From the NCBI RefSeq assembly GCF_009914755.1, contig NC_060930.1: DNA of 64,000 bases. One strand, 5' to 3'. Below, piece by piece: positions 21,094 through 37,765 of the stretch; position 1 is the stretch's first letter; every line of letters starts with the position of its first letter. The notes beneath the pieces are model-generated. The model was not told the DNA's origin, did not search any database, and saw only the letters and a list, made by a program, of their open reading frames with translations. Source of the stretch: the human T2T-CHM13v2.0 reference genome, Homo sapiens. A program made the translations under genes and the position numbers.

Positions 21094-21333
21094 CAGTGGG
21101 GCTCAAGCTCTCCCCTCCAAGCTCCAAGGATCTCTGCAGCCACAGGACGCATTCCTTCTCCACTTAGATCTTGTCTGTGAAGTATCCAATTGCCTTCCAT
21201 TTCTACTTGGTGTAGAATGTAGGGGGCAATGAATGAAACTGCCGCATATTGCAGAGGGTCCATGTCCAAGCACAGGCAGTTGTAACGGTAGTAGCCACAC
21301 CACCAGTACCTGTGGTTCCTGCTAGCCCCTCCA
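21094..21333 (-). pseudogene. Highly diverged MHC class I alpha-2 (exon 3) fossil
   Basis: Minus-strand translation [69 protein letters not shown] aligns almost ungapped to HLA [39 protein letters not shown]...[24 protein letters not shown]. Confidence 0.8.
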
Positions 21334-22639
21334 CTGCCCAGGCCAGACAGTGTCAGTCTGGCAGATGTACCCCCAAGGACTCTCCCTCATGGTGTCTGCT
21401 CCTCTGCCCCACCCTTCTGATCTCACAGCTTCTCCTTAGGTGACATTCACACTTTAGACAAAGTTGTTTGGTCCCCTGATTATGATCTCCTTTACTTGCT
21501 GTCAGCTCTGCCTGGGAAGAGGTCTATGCTCAGTTCCAGGATACATGGAAAAGGCAGTGGATGGGCAGGTACAGTCTTGGGCTTTACCATGAACTGTGTT
21601 GTTTAGTCAAGTTGTTTAACCTCCACTCTGTTCATCTTGTATATATGGGTGGGGGGTGAAGACTATGAGCCCACAGGTCTGCTTCTGTGCTCACTGTAAC
21701 AGATTCCTAAGTGCAAGTCCCTGAAACAGGATCACAGTACACAACATTAACATAAGAGGGTACATTATGCACGGTACAGCTTTCCTTGAGGTTCTAGAGA
21801 ATGCAAACCTTAACATTAACAAGTACCAAACCTCTGCTGAAAAATCCTCTAATGAATTTCAAGGTTAAATATAAATAAACTGTGGGATTGTTCTGCCTAG
21901 AGTAGCCACACCCTCCTCGGGGGTCCCACAGTCCACAGGCTCAAACTCCTCATCCAACAGTTACATGCTCCACCAACTTTCAGACTGTCTCTCCCAGTAG
22001 GCAGTGAGCCCCTAGAAGGCAGGGACTATGTAACGGTGACCTGGCAACTTTGTTGAACAGCTGCTCCTATCAGGATCAGTTCGTAAAAAGCCAAGCACTG
22101 CTCAGCCTTTTATTATGCCTCTTACTGATTTATGCCTTCATTTGGCATTCAAGAACTTGCTCCAATAGTGCCAAACAGTTGGGAGATATTTACTACAAAT
22201 TATTAAAACTGCAGTCTATCCTCTGAACCAACTGTGCTCAATCCCACCACACATCTTGCTGCTCCCTAACTTCTAGCTGCTTGGAAAGTCTCATTTTCTT
22301 CATCTACTCAAATCATACACATCCCTCGGGTTCCATGCAAAGTTCCATCTCATTCATGAAACTCCCTGACCACTGGGATATCTGGCCCATGAACTTGAGC
22401 AAACTATTTCTTCTGCATCTCATTTGGCATTTGAGGAGGGACTGTTCTCTGACGTCTCCTGGTATGCCTCACAGAGTCAGTAAAGTGTTTCCAGACCTAT
22501 AGGTACCACCCCATATTGTTAGCTCTTTGAGGATACACACTAGGTTATACTTTTCTGGTTCTCCACCCTAAGCACCCAAAAGGCAGATGGTAGGTACATC
22601 TCAGCTCCAAAGAGACTGCTGAAGACTGAATGAATTAAT

Positions 22640-22785
22640 GACACACAGAGAAACTGACCCTGGTGACCAGCCTGGGCCAGTTCACTCACGTGACTGTGGG
22701 GGCTGGCAAGTACATAATTTTCAGGTTAGACTGGCAGGCTGGAGACCCAGGGAAGAGCTGACACTGCAGCCTGAGGCCACAGGTA
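22640..22785. mobile_element. MLT2-like LTR fragment
   Basis: gactggcaggctggagacccagggaagagctga motif typical of MLT2. Confidence 0.5.
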
Positions 22786-22787
22786 GC

Positions 22788-23940
22788 AGTGTTGCTGGGT
22801 TGCTGCATTCTTTACTGTGAGATTTAGAAAAACTGTCATTATCATTATCCTAATATTGTCAAAACTTGTAGGCAGCCTATTTGCTGTTTTTGGTTCTTAT
22901 TGTTAGTGTGTTGTTATTCCTGTGGAAATCATAATTGTGCAGCGTTTTGATATCTATGAATTCAAAAACTTAAACAGAATATTAAGAACAAACTAATAAT
23001 AAAGTGACAAACTTTGGATACCTTTTTAACATTGTTTCTAAATATTGTAAACATGAATCTTCTGGACCTCAGAGGGAACAAGGAAGCAATGATATTAATA
23101 ATGAATCATAATCTGGAACACCTGATATTGTACACAAACTATAACAACTGGAAATGCCTTTGCAACTGCATAAGAGTTAGTTCAAAGAAACAATAATTTG
23201 CATTTCTAAAATTTAAAAAATCCCCAATAACTTTTGACAAAACTCACAGATGGCTTATTATTGCTAGCAATGTAAATATTGGATGCAAATCATGCTCAAA
23301 AGCTGTGTGAATAGCCAAAAGTGCTAAGCACATTCTGTCAGTGCTCATAATTCAAGGAAAACATTAGCAAAATTCAAAGAAAAAAACTTGAAAAATATTA
23401 AGAACAGCTTTGTACAATAAAGTATTTGAAAAAAGCAACAAACAGTGGAAAAATGCCATCAGATGTTAGTATACAGTTTACCCAAATGTGTAATTAAATA
23501 GAGCATTTTACATCATTAAGTAGAGGCTTTTAAACAATTATACATAGTGCATATCATTGCAGTATAGATTAATGGTTCTGCTGGTTGCAAACCATATTCT
23601 ACATAAGACAACTTTTGGAAAATTTATTAATCCAAGCAATAAATCATTATCAGTGAAGTGTCAACCATTTCACAAAATGTATTTAAGTTTTAGTTCCTTA
23701 AATACTAAATGTAAGACTTACAGGAAAATGGGTTTTTGTTGATCTGAGGAACTTATACCAACCTTACTCATCAGTGCCCAAGAAAAATAGCTTTAATGTG
23801 AGACAGTTGTATGATGGTACAGATAGTGCCAGTATATGCAACGAAGAAAGTTCAGGTTTCACCAAAATTTTGCAAAATTTCGGGGTTTAAAAATCTGTTT
23901 ATCGCAGAAGTCACATTGACTGTCTCACATTTACTCTTCC
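22788..23940 (+). mobile_element. hAT DNA transposon relic (Arthur1/KIAA1586-like transposase)
   Basis: Broken peptides WLIIASNVNIGCKSCSKAV, VANHI...IISEVSTIS, TDSASIC..ESSGFTKILQNF resemble hAT transposase motifs. Confidence 0.6.
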
Positions 23941-24139
23941 TCGTGTCCTGATCCTGCTGACTTGTCCACATGGGCAACTACGAAGCTGGCACAACTATAC
24001 TTCTTTGTTCACTTTGGTCACCACCATTTGTTCTGCTGTTGGGCTGCCCATGTGTAGGCAGGTTTCACGAAAATATCAGGTTCCCTAAGCAACATGAACT
24101 GGGAGGCTCAGAGAGGGATTTCCCTAGTCACTGACTTAC

Positions 24140-24402
24140 TGAGGGATTGACTCAAGATTCCCAGGCACTAGACAGAAGCAGTCGGGAAAGGAATCATTTC
24201 CTGATTGCCTGTGGGGGAAAAAGAAACTTTTTTGGATAGAACAGTCTGGATGGACTCTAACACAGTAAAAAGTGAAGGCAGTGCATTCTTCAGAAGGGCG
24301 GCAGATGGGGCACCACGCATCCCCACAGAGGGGCTGTCCTGCGGTCCTTGCAGGAGTTGCCAGGCTCCCAAAATCTCCTCCTGCTGCTATCCCCACCCTG
24401 CC
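24140..24402 (-). ncRNA. HCG18: Candidate HCG18 exon (or start of terminal exon)
   Basis: Minus-strand acceptor cctcttttcag|GCAGG and donor CTCA|gtaagt; unique sequence with no credible coding homology. Confidence 0.45.
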
Positions 24403-25889
24403 TGAAAAGAGGTGAGGAGGATGATGGGGAGGGAGTCAAACAGACTTGGGATAGGAGGAGTGAGTGCGCTGGTAAAACCAATTACTTAGCTAAACCTTTG
24501 GCTAAAACTCTAGGAAGGGAGGCACAAAATGGGAAAGTGTGGGTTTTTTTTTTTTGCTTCTCTAGGTGAAGGTTTAAATTAACTTCAGCATGGGTAAAAC
24601 TATTCTTTCCTTCTTTTTTCTCTCCCAGAGTTCTCACCACCTCCTCCCAGGCTAAATCCTTCATGTTGCAGGAGACAGAGAATCCCAGGTGAGACCCGGA
24701 CTTTTTCTCCTCCCTCCCTTCCTTTTTTCACCGTGTTCAGGATAAATTATCTTGGTTTTGTTTCTGGAGGGAAAAGGGCAGAGAGGCCCTGACTTGAATC
24801 TCAATCACATTTCTGCACACAGTACCTGAGGAGACAGAATAGCAGAGGGGTGGGAACAATTAACATTGCTTTATGGGCTTTAGAATGGAGAAAAAATAAT
24901 TCCCACTCTTTTTTCTTTTACCCAAATCCAACTTCAGTTTTCTCTCCAACTCTCTAAAACCACCACCAATACTATTATCACATCATGTGTAGCTACTTGG
25001 GGGGTGGTGAAAGGCTGAGTACGCATCATGTTCAGGTAGTAGGGTGTTAAACGAAATAGTTCCTCACAGCAATGCCCAAAGTCATCCTTGGTCACAATAA
25101 AGGAGAATAAAGGGAAAAAAGTATGATTATTGTATTAGATTGTGGGGTTGCAGGTGAGTTTTTTTTTTCCATTTTAAAAATTATTTTGTGGTTATAATGA
25201 TGATGTCAATTTTTAAAAAAATAAAAGAATGGAAAAAGTTGACTTGGGATTTCATAATGCAAAGAAAAAAGCAAAACAAAAAAGAACAACAAAAAGCAAA
25301 CAAAACAGATTTACATGTAATACCTAATTTAATCCCTTCATAACTCTGTGAAGTGGGTCAGTATTGACGGGTCAGCTTAACTAACAGATATTAGGAATGA
25401 GATCCAAAACAACCAGCCATGGTCGCACAGTTTGTGGAACCCAGGTTCTTTGACACTCAGCCCAGTGTTCCACCTGCAATGGCAACCTAAGTGAGGAGGG
25501 GGCCTCAGAGATGAGGTGGTCGACCCTTACAATGTTGATATTCTCCATGCTTTCTCAGAGCAAGTGGCTGAATCTCTTTCGTGACAGAGAACTCACCACC
25601 TACCAAGGCAGCCCATTTTATTAAGTCTAACTTTTAAAAAAGATACTTATGATGAGCACAATTCTGTCTCTCTCATACTCTATGGAAACGACCAATTTCT
25701 GACCTCTATGTCACAAAGAGTAAGTTTAGTTCTTCACATAATAGCCCTCCAAATATTTGAAATCTCTAGTCATAGCCAGATATATTGCATCAAAATAAAT
25801 GGCTATTTTCTGCAGGAGGGTTGGTCCAAATGTCCTAGCCTACCATTACCTGAAGCAAGAAGTCCTCCCTATTTTTTGAAGAACTATAT

Positions 25890-26550
25890 TTATTTGCTCA
25901 AATCATATTTATTAGGGGCCTGCTATCTGCCAGGCAGTGGGGATGCAGCGATACACAGGTCAAATAGGCATTTGGAGTGTGGAAGTGGGTGCCCACCCTA
26001 GTCGGGGAGCATCTCAGGATGTCCTCCTCAAGGAGATGACATGTCAACTGAGCCCAGAGGACAACAGGAGTTGACAGGGAAGAGTATTTCCTAGAGCGAG
26101 AAACTGGAGGCAGCTGTAGTGAGGTGCTGATGGGTTCTGGCCACCACCTGGACCACCTAGATTTGATGTTTCTCCACCCCCACTTAGTTGTGTGACCCTG
26201 GACAAGTTCCTCACCCACTACGTGCTTTAGAACCCTCACTGTGAAATGGGAGATGTGATAGGAATGTTGTGAGGATTGTTTGAGTGAATACATGCAAAGG
26301 ACTTAGGACAAGCCTGGCACATAGTTAATGCTCAATCAATGTTTTCTCTCGCAACTGGAGGGAAACAAGGTAGTGGGCAGGAAGGGGGAGTGCGCAGACA
26401 GTTCCTGCTAAGCCTTGTAAGTTACCATGGCCCAGCACTGTAACCAGAGAAGTGAGGATGAGACTTCCACTTTGAGAAAGGCCTCTCTGGCCGCAGCATG
26501 TAAAGGAATGGGAGGGGATTAGAATGTGTGTGCACGGACTAGGTGGGAGC
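25890..26550. mobile_element. L2 and MIR fragments
   Basis: MIR core (tgtgaccctggacaag...tgtgaaatggg...cctggcacatag) at ~26170-26345, flanked by L2 3'-end-like text. Confidence 0.55.
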
Positions 26551-26661
26551 TAACTGCAGGGCCAGCATCTGTGGCACAGATTATCTCTCTTCATCCTGAA
26601 CCCCTCCCTCTTCCCGTCTCGAATCCTTTTCCCACTCCTGACCACATCCTCCACCTGTCAG

Positions 26662-27117
26662 AAAGTCACAGTTAAGGAAGAGATTTCCGAGCACACCTTG
26701 GACAGAAGTCATGATGATGGGGCCCATGACTGGCAACCTGCTGGGAGAGGTGGCCTGCAGTGTGTCTGGAGTACATGGGGGACCCCGGGAGCATCTTCTG
26801 TGTCTGTGGCCCCTGGCAGGCCTGCATCACTTGGTGCTATGCCACTATCAGATCCACCACAGGAGCCATGTGCTATTCATTCCACAAGGAGCCCTTTCAA
26901 CAGGGAGACATCAGGCCCAACTGGATTCTAGCCACCTTGGTCTCCAGTCTCCTACTCTCAAGCCCATGAGTGACAATTCAGCACAGGAAATTTGGTTCTG
27001 TGAGCAGCATCTATTGGCAGGATGACCAGCAATTCTTGTGTGTGGTTTGCAAAGATCTTAACGGAGAACAAATGTTACTTAGTGCTGCAGAAGGAGAACA
27101 ATGCTAGGTTCCACAAG
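26662..27117 (+). pseudogene. TRIM-family pseudogene, RING + B-box exon
   Basis: Frameshift-corrected NLLGEVACS/VCLEYMGDPGSIFCVCGPWQACITWC...KEPFQQGDIRPNWILATLV...FCEQH/IYWQDDQQFLCVVCKD/...ARFHK|gt. Colinear with the TRIM39 exon in this window, with the same phase-0 donor. Confidence 0.85.
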
Positions 27118-27468
27118 GTAGTCTGTCCTTTTGCTGTCTTGTCTACACCAGAGAACCTTTGGTTGACTTGCTTTAATATTGGCTTCAGTCCTATTACAAA
27201 ACAACAACAAATTATTGTATTCTAAACACAGTTCTAAATGCAACAATAGTTTATCTTTTAATCCTGGATTATACAGTTTACAATTACTTGCAAATGCATA
27301 GTACCTCACTCCAAAAAACCTCAGGCATCCAGGCATCACAATTTCTCTATCTGCATGACACAGAAACTTCCATGTCACTAGAGGATTTCACAATCCATAT
27401 ATGAATCCCCTGAAGACTTCTTGGTGTGAAGGAAACATCACTGGACACAACACTGAAAATGGCAATAG

Positions 27469-27796
<328 letters not shown>

Positions 27797-29274
27797 TTAG
27801 GTGAGCTATAACATCTGGGCAAATAAAAACACTATGTTATTCCTAGAAAAATTATAGAAATCTAACTTAACCTTGTCAACATGGGGATTCATTATCTTAT
27901 TTAGCAAACTAAAGGAACAATAATGTAACTGCACCTCAGGTACAACTGGAACCAGGGATTTGAATGCAACTAAGACTTCCCATCTTTTATTTTCTCTTCT
28001 CTAGATTAGCTCAATTTTTTGCAACACATTTCCTGTATGAACTATAACTATAGCCATTTCTAGATTAATACCTCTTGTCAGCAAAGCAAGACAGAGGTAT
28101 TCTCTGGTCATGAAGAAAATTCCAGAAAAGAGCTCTGAATCAAAGGCCAAAATCCTGGCATATCTGGTGCTGTGCAGAGCTGAGAGACTGGCTGAAGAGT
28201 GTGCCAGCAGTAAGCTATCCTAGGCATAGGGCCTGACTAGAAATCAAAGACCCTAATGTAGCAGTATTGCATCATCTATAGCCTAGATTATGCTGCAATG
28301 ATATACAACTCCCGTATCTCACTGGTATAAACCAAAAAGATTTCTTTTACATGCTACCTGTTCATCAGGAGTTGCTGAGGGGGTCACTTGGAGATCCAGG
28401 CTCGCCAAGCAGCCACTGTCTTCAGCACCAGCTAATGCCCTGCTAGTGGGCAAAGAGGGAGCTCTGGAAGAACATAAACCAGCAGTTAAATTCCCAGTCC
28501 AGAAGAAATACATATCACCCCTACTAACACCTCATTACAGGGCACAGATGATGACAATAATGACCTCTCAGGCTTAAGGACCCTTCAACTCTGAGAGAGG
28601 GTATCTAGTGGTCACCTAGCTACTATCCTGTCTTTCCCTCAGGCAGAAGTGGGTGTGGTTTCCAACACCCCCAGCTGTGTCCCGGTCCGTGACAACAAAA
28701 TCTTTGTAATCTAAAGTTTGAAGCATTTCAGAGGTCAGAAGGGTGTTTGCTGTTACGACTCTTGCTCTCACTTCTACCTGACAAGAGAGAAGAATTTGTA
28801 TAGACTGTTAGACATGTTACTATTTTTTGAAAGCACTAGGTATTTGGGACAAGGTCAACATGTTTCCCTATCAGAAATCACTCATAGATATGTTCTTTGA
28901 GGTCAGGAATTCTATGAAATAAAAATAAAGAAAATTATTGAGCCTCTCTTGGATGCCAGCACCATGCTCAGTGCTTTCATTTTTTTCAGTATACTCACAT
29001 TACTGATTATCCTTCATTTTACTTATGATCAAAGCAAGAGTTGAAGGAATGTCCTTGGTTCAAGGCTACACCTTAGGAGACACAGTCAGAATTTAAATCC
29101 AGCTTTCTTTCATTTGAAAGACTGTGCTCTGTGCTGGACCACACTGTACAGTTTTTAAAGTGATCTAACAACGACAGCATCCATCAGTGAACTCTGAGTC
29201 TACCAAACAGAAATTGCTCTTAATGGGTTCATCTAATGGCAGGGCCGGCTCAAGGCAAAATTTTTTGCCCCCAT

Positions 29275-29568
29275 CCCTCTTTTTCATTCGACACGATTTT
29301 GCTGTATCATCCAGGCTGGACTGCAGTGGCGTGGTCACAGCTCACTGCAGCCTCAAACTCCTGGCTCAAATGATCCTCCCTCCTTATCTTCCTGAGTAGC
29401 TGGGACTATGGGCGCATGCCACCATACCTGCTAATGTTTAAAATTTTTGTAAAGATGGGGTCTCACTATGTTCCCTAAGATGGTCTCAAATTCCTGGCCT
29501 CAAGCAATCCTCCTGCCGCAAATCTCCTGAAGTGCTGGGATTATAGGTAGAAGCCACAATGCCCAGTC
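29275..29568 (-). mobile_element. AluJ
   Basis: Diverged antisense Alu. Confidence 0.85.
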
Positions 29569-29589
29569 CCCTTCTCCCTGATTAAAAAT

Positions 29590-33900
<4,311 letters not shown>

Positions 33901-36600
33901 TGTACATCTCAGGGTGGCTTAAAGCACTAGGAGAAAGCATGCAAAACAGCCCAAGGTGAAGCTCACTTGGCAGCTGAGAGTGAGTTCACACCATGTACTC
34001 TAAAATGAGGAGGTGCTCTTTTCTTCTCACTCTAATTAAAGAAGACTGAGAAGCCCTTCAGCACTTCACTGTGCCCCCTGCTGCCCTGCACCTCCCGGCT
34101 ACTTTGTGGTAGATTCCTGGCACTTGAACTCTCTACAGGCCCAGGAGAGAACAGCTTTCTTGAGGTCCTAAGGATACCTGAGAATCATTCTCAGAGTTAA
34201 TGGAATCTTCTATATTTTCTGTGGATTTTGATTATCTACTTTTTTTCTAACTTCTGTGAGATTAGAGAATTGAAAGCCTGTCATATCACTGGAACTCAGT
34301 TAAAATGTGGTGTCTTCTCCAATATTGTCCAACTAGAAGATGTGGGAATCCCAACTGATATAAGAACTAAGAAATATGACTACAAACTAAAGGGAAAATA
34401 AGAGAAGAACTTAAAGAATATTTGGGAGTTTTAGGGAGGTCATAACTGTAATGAGCTAATGTCATCCATATGTCCAAGGGAAAGTGAATCTGAATTTACA
34501 GGGCAACTTCCGTGGGCCAGGTTCCTTCACACATAATTTCAAGTCATGCTAAAATGAATGCATCCAAGGAAAATTTTATCATACATAACTTATGATAAGG
34601 AAACTTATGCTTAGGAAGATTAATTAGGAGGTTAAGGTCACCAAGCCTCTAGACTGTTTCGCCAGGACCCAACCCAGGTCTGGCTTCTGTTTGGTTTTGG
34701 AGTATGTGTTATCCCCACTCCATCATGCTGCCTCTCCAACCTGCAGCCCAGTGCCCAGGGCACAGGGGTCAGGCCAAGATCAGAAGGGACACTAACACCA
34801 ACAGGCCTGGCGAGGTGGGAAGTACAGGGAAGGGGTGACTCCAGCTTACTCTTCTCTCCCTCCCAGAGGGACCATCAGGGCCATTGGCACTGTTGGGTGA
34901 TAGAAGTTGTAAATACGGGGTAAGGTACATGGATGACACCATCTCCATATGTGTATGTGATAGAGTGGCAGGCCAGAAGTTAATAGCCACATCCAGGGAG
35001 CCAAGGATATAGTTCCCAGTAACGGCGCTTGCGTTCTGCTCTCAGGGCTGATGAAAGAGGATGGAAGTTGTACTCTGTTCCTCTACTTCAATAGAAAGTA
35101 AGCTAAAAGGAGAAACTGGGAGACAGAGGTTTACAAAAGGAAATTTATAATGGGGTCATATCAAGATAATTCAAGAGGGAAAATAAGACAAGGTGGCTCC
35201 TTCCCTGAATTGGTGACACAACACTAATCACTGTCCCCACAGAGTGGCTGGGCCTGACCCCAACTACAGGAGCTCAGCTGTCTCTACCCTCTGAGGGTAG
35301 ACAGGAAGCAGTGGTCATGCTACTGCAGCCTAATGACTTGAGATTAGAATTGGCCATTGCCCCACTGCAGGGTGTGTGCCCAGCACACTTTGACAGCTTC
35401 CCTCTCTGTTCAGTCTTGAGAAAAAAATAACACTAAATAAGGAAGGTGAAGCTACAGAAAGTCCTGACTATCAAAAAATGTTAACATTCAGGGCGAGGAA
35501 AGACTTTAGAAATCATTCCAAATTTCATGAGGGTAAATCAATTGTAAGGGCCATTAAGGTTGGCAAGTGGCAGAATATGGATGCAAACCTAGGGCCCTTC
35601 ACTCCTCCTCCAGTGCACTTTCCACCATGCCAGGAGGAAGGGCGAAGAGTAAAGGTGCCAGGGGAAGGGCTGAGGCTTGTCTCCTTCCACTTCTTTACCT
35701 CACAGAAAATGAAGGATACAAATGGAGCCGAAAATTTAGGCCTCTGGAAGCTACAGGTCTGTTTCAGATGGATCTATTCTTTTTCCTGGGTTCAGTGAAG
35801 TTATTTGGCCATAAAGCCCTAAGCCATGTATGATCATAACATTTTAAGAAATAGAAGCCAGGTATTAGAAGGTTCCGTTTTCTCTATAAATAGTTCAAAG
35901 TATCTCAATGAAGTTTAGGTATCCAAAAAAAAAAATACCCCAACTTTAGGAGCATTAAGTATTATGAGTAATAAAATAAATACTTATAGCAATGGGGGTT
36001 TCAGGACAATTTACCTCTTGAACATAAGTAGATATGCTCAAGAAAGCTATCCCAAGGACAGGGTTGCATGCACGAAGAGACGAGACCAAGTTAAGTTCCA
36101 CAGTCAAAACAGACATCCCTATTTCCTTCCTAGTAGCATCTGTACAGCATAAATAGGTATTTGTGAATGAAGTCATGAAAAGATCCTCAAAGGTCTGTGT
36201 TAGAGCAACTGTGGTTAAAATACGAGAGTAGGAAAAGTGAGATTCTCCAGTTAAGTTACTAATAATTCAGACTTAAGACTTTTTAGAAAGATGATCATCT
36301 TTTATTTCTTTCAGGAGCCATGGCTATCAACCTGGAGAGAGGCCAAAAGACACCTAGGCTTTTTGTAAACCAAAGATTGAGGTATCCACATCAGTCAGCA
36401 GTGGCTTCTGCAGCAGCAGCCACAGAAAGTGAGTAATGGAAACAAAAGGATAGAGATATACAGGAAGTCCTCTTTCCTCACCTGGAGAAGAAAGAAGACA
36501 GCAAAAAAAATTAGGTCAACCCCACAATCAAGGTAGAGCTGCTCTAAAATCTGAGGTAGCCAATGACCAACACAAACCACCTCACCTTTCTGAGACTCGG

Positions 36601-36804
36601 CTCTCCTGTAAAGGAGAAACCACACTGACCCTGGATCAAAATCCCCAGACAGTAGACGTGACCTTGGATTTCAAGAAGGAGCAAATTACCTCTGCTAATG
36701 CAGATAAAGACGCCACCATTTTTGGTTTTCAGGATTTCACAGGGAAAATAGTCCCATTATTTGGCCTCTATTAGCCAGAGGCCCAGATGACCCTGTGTCC
36801 CTGA
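36601..36804 (+). pseudogene. TRIM-family pseudogene, B30.2/SPRY C-terminal fragment
   Basis: TTLTLDQNPQTVDVTLDFKKEQITSANADKDATIFGFQDFTGKIVPLFGLY*PEAQMTLCP* resembles the TRIM10/15/26 SPRY end (P-x-x-V-x-V-x-L-D-Y...F-T-N-A...I-Y-T-F...F-T-x-K-V-x-P-F-F-x-L-W). Confidence 0.75.
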
Positions 36805-36857
36805 GATAGGACATGGCTTTCCCATGGCCTCTTATGAGAACCTGCCCAGCAATAAGT

Positions 36858-37171
<314 letters not shown>

Positions 37172-37435
37172 TAAGTTTTTAATTACCAGAGTCAGTGGTT
37201 CCTGTCATTGATTGAGCTTACTGACTGGACAATGAGAGGGTCATATGTGGCTGTCTCCAGCCATTACATTAAGGTGACACTTGAGCATGACACGAGGTCT
37301 GCATTCTCTACAATCAACTGGATCTGTCCCACTGCTTCCCACCAGGAGCAGAAGCATGCTTGTGCCAGTTCCTAAACATCATCATTTCATTTTCAGCCCA
37401 CAGCCCTCCCCTGCTCAGATTTCCCACCATCTAAG

Positions 37436-37765
37436 GCAGCAATCCTCAAATGCTAGTGTGCACAAGGATCTAAGGCACTTGCCGAAAATGTAGATTCCTG
37501 CACCAACCCCAGAGAACCAGAAGCAATCCCTCTAGGGTAGAGCTTGAGAATTTGCTTTGAAAAAAGATCTTACATGTTTTTGGATAACACTTAAAGATGG
37601 TCCTAGAACAGTGCTTCTGGAAATTTTAATACGTAAGCAAATTAAGAGCAGCTTGTTAAAATGCAGACGTTTAAAAACTTGGTGCAGGCCTGAAATTCTG
37701 CACTCATATGTTCTCCCAGAGAAGCTAAAGCTGCTGGTCCTTTTGGCCACACTTTGAGTCACCAG
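37436..37765. mobile_element. MER5-type (hAT-Charlie) MITE fragments
   Basis: cttgttaaaatgcaga...cctgaaattctgca...ccacactttgag motifs. Confidence 0.5.

Noticed and set aside
21428-21540. Possible alpha-1 exon 3' end (…GEA followed by gtgag) upstream of the alpha-2 fossil
   Set aside because: Too short and degenerate to support by eye.
24136-24569. Cluster of 60-86 aa ORFs in unique DNA
   Set aside because: No recognisable homology; better explained as a non-coding exon.
34850-35047. Minus-strand exon-like segment with faint class I alpha-3 motifs (AINFWPA, ITYTYGDG, ALMVPLGG)
   Set aside because: Motifs lie in three different frames, the Ig-fold cysteines are not evident, and the position is upstream of the alpha-2 fossil; indistinguishable from chance.
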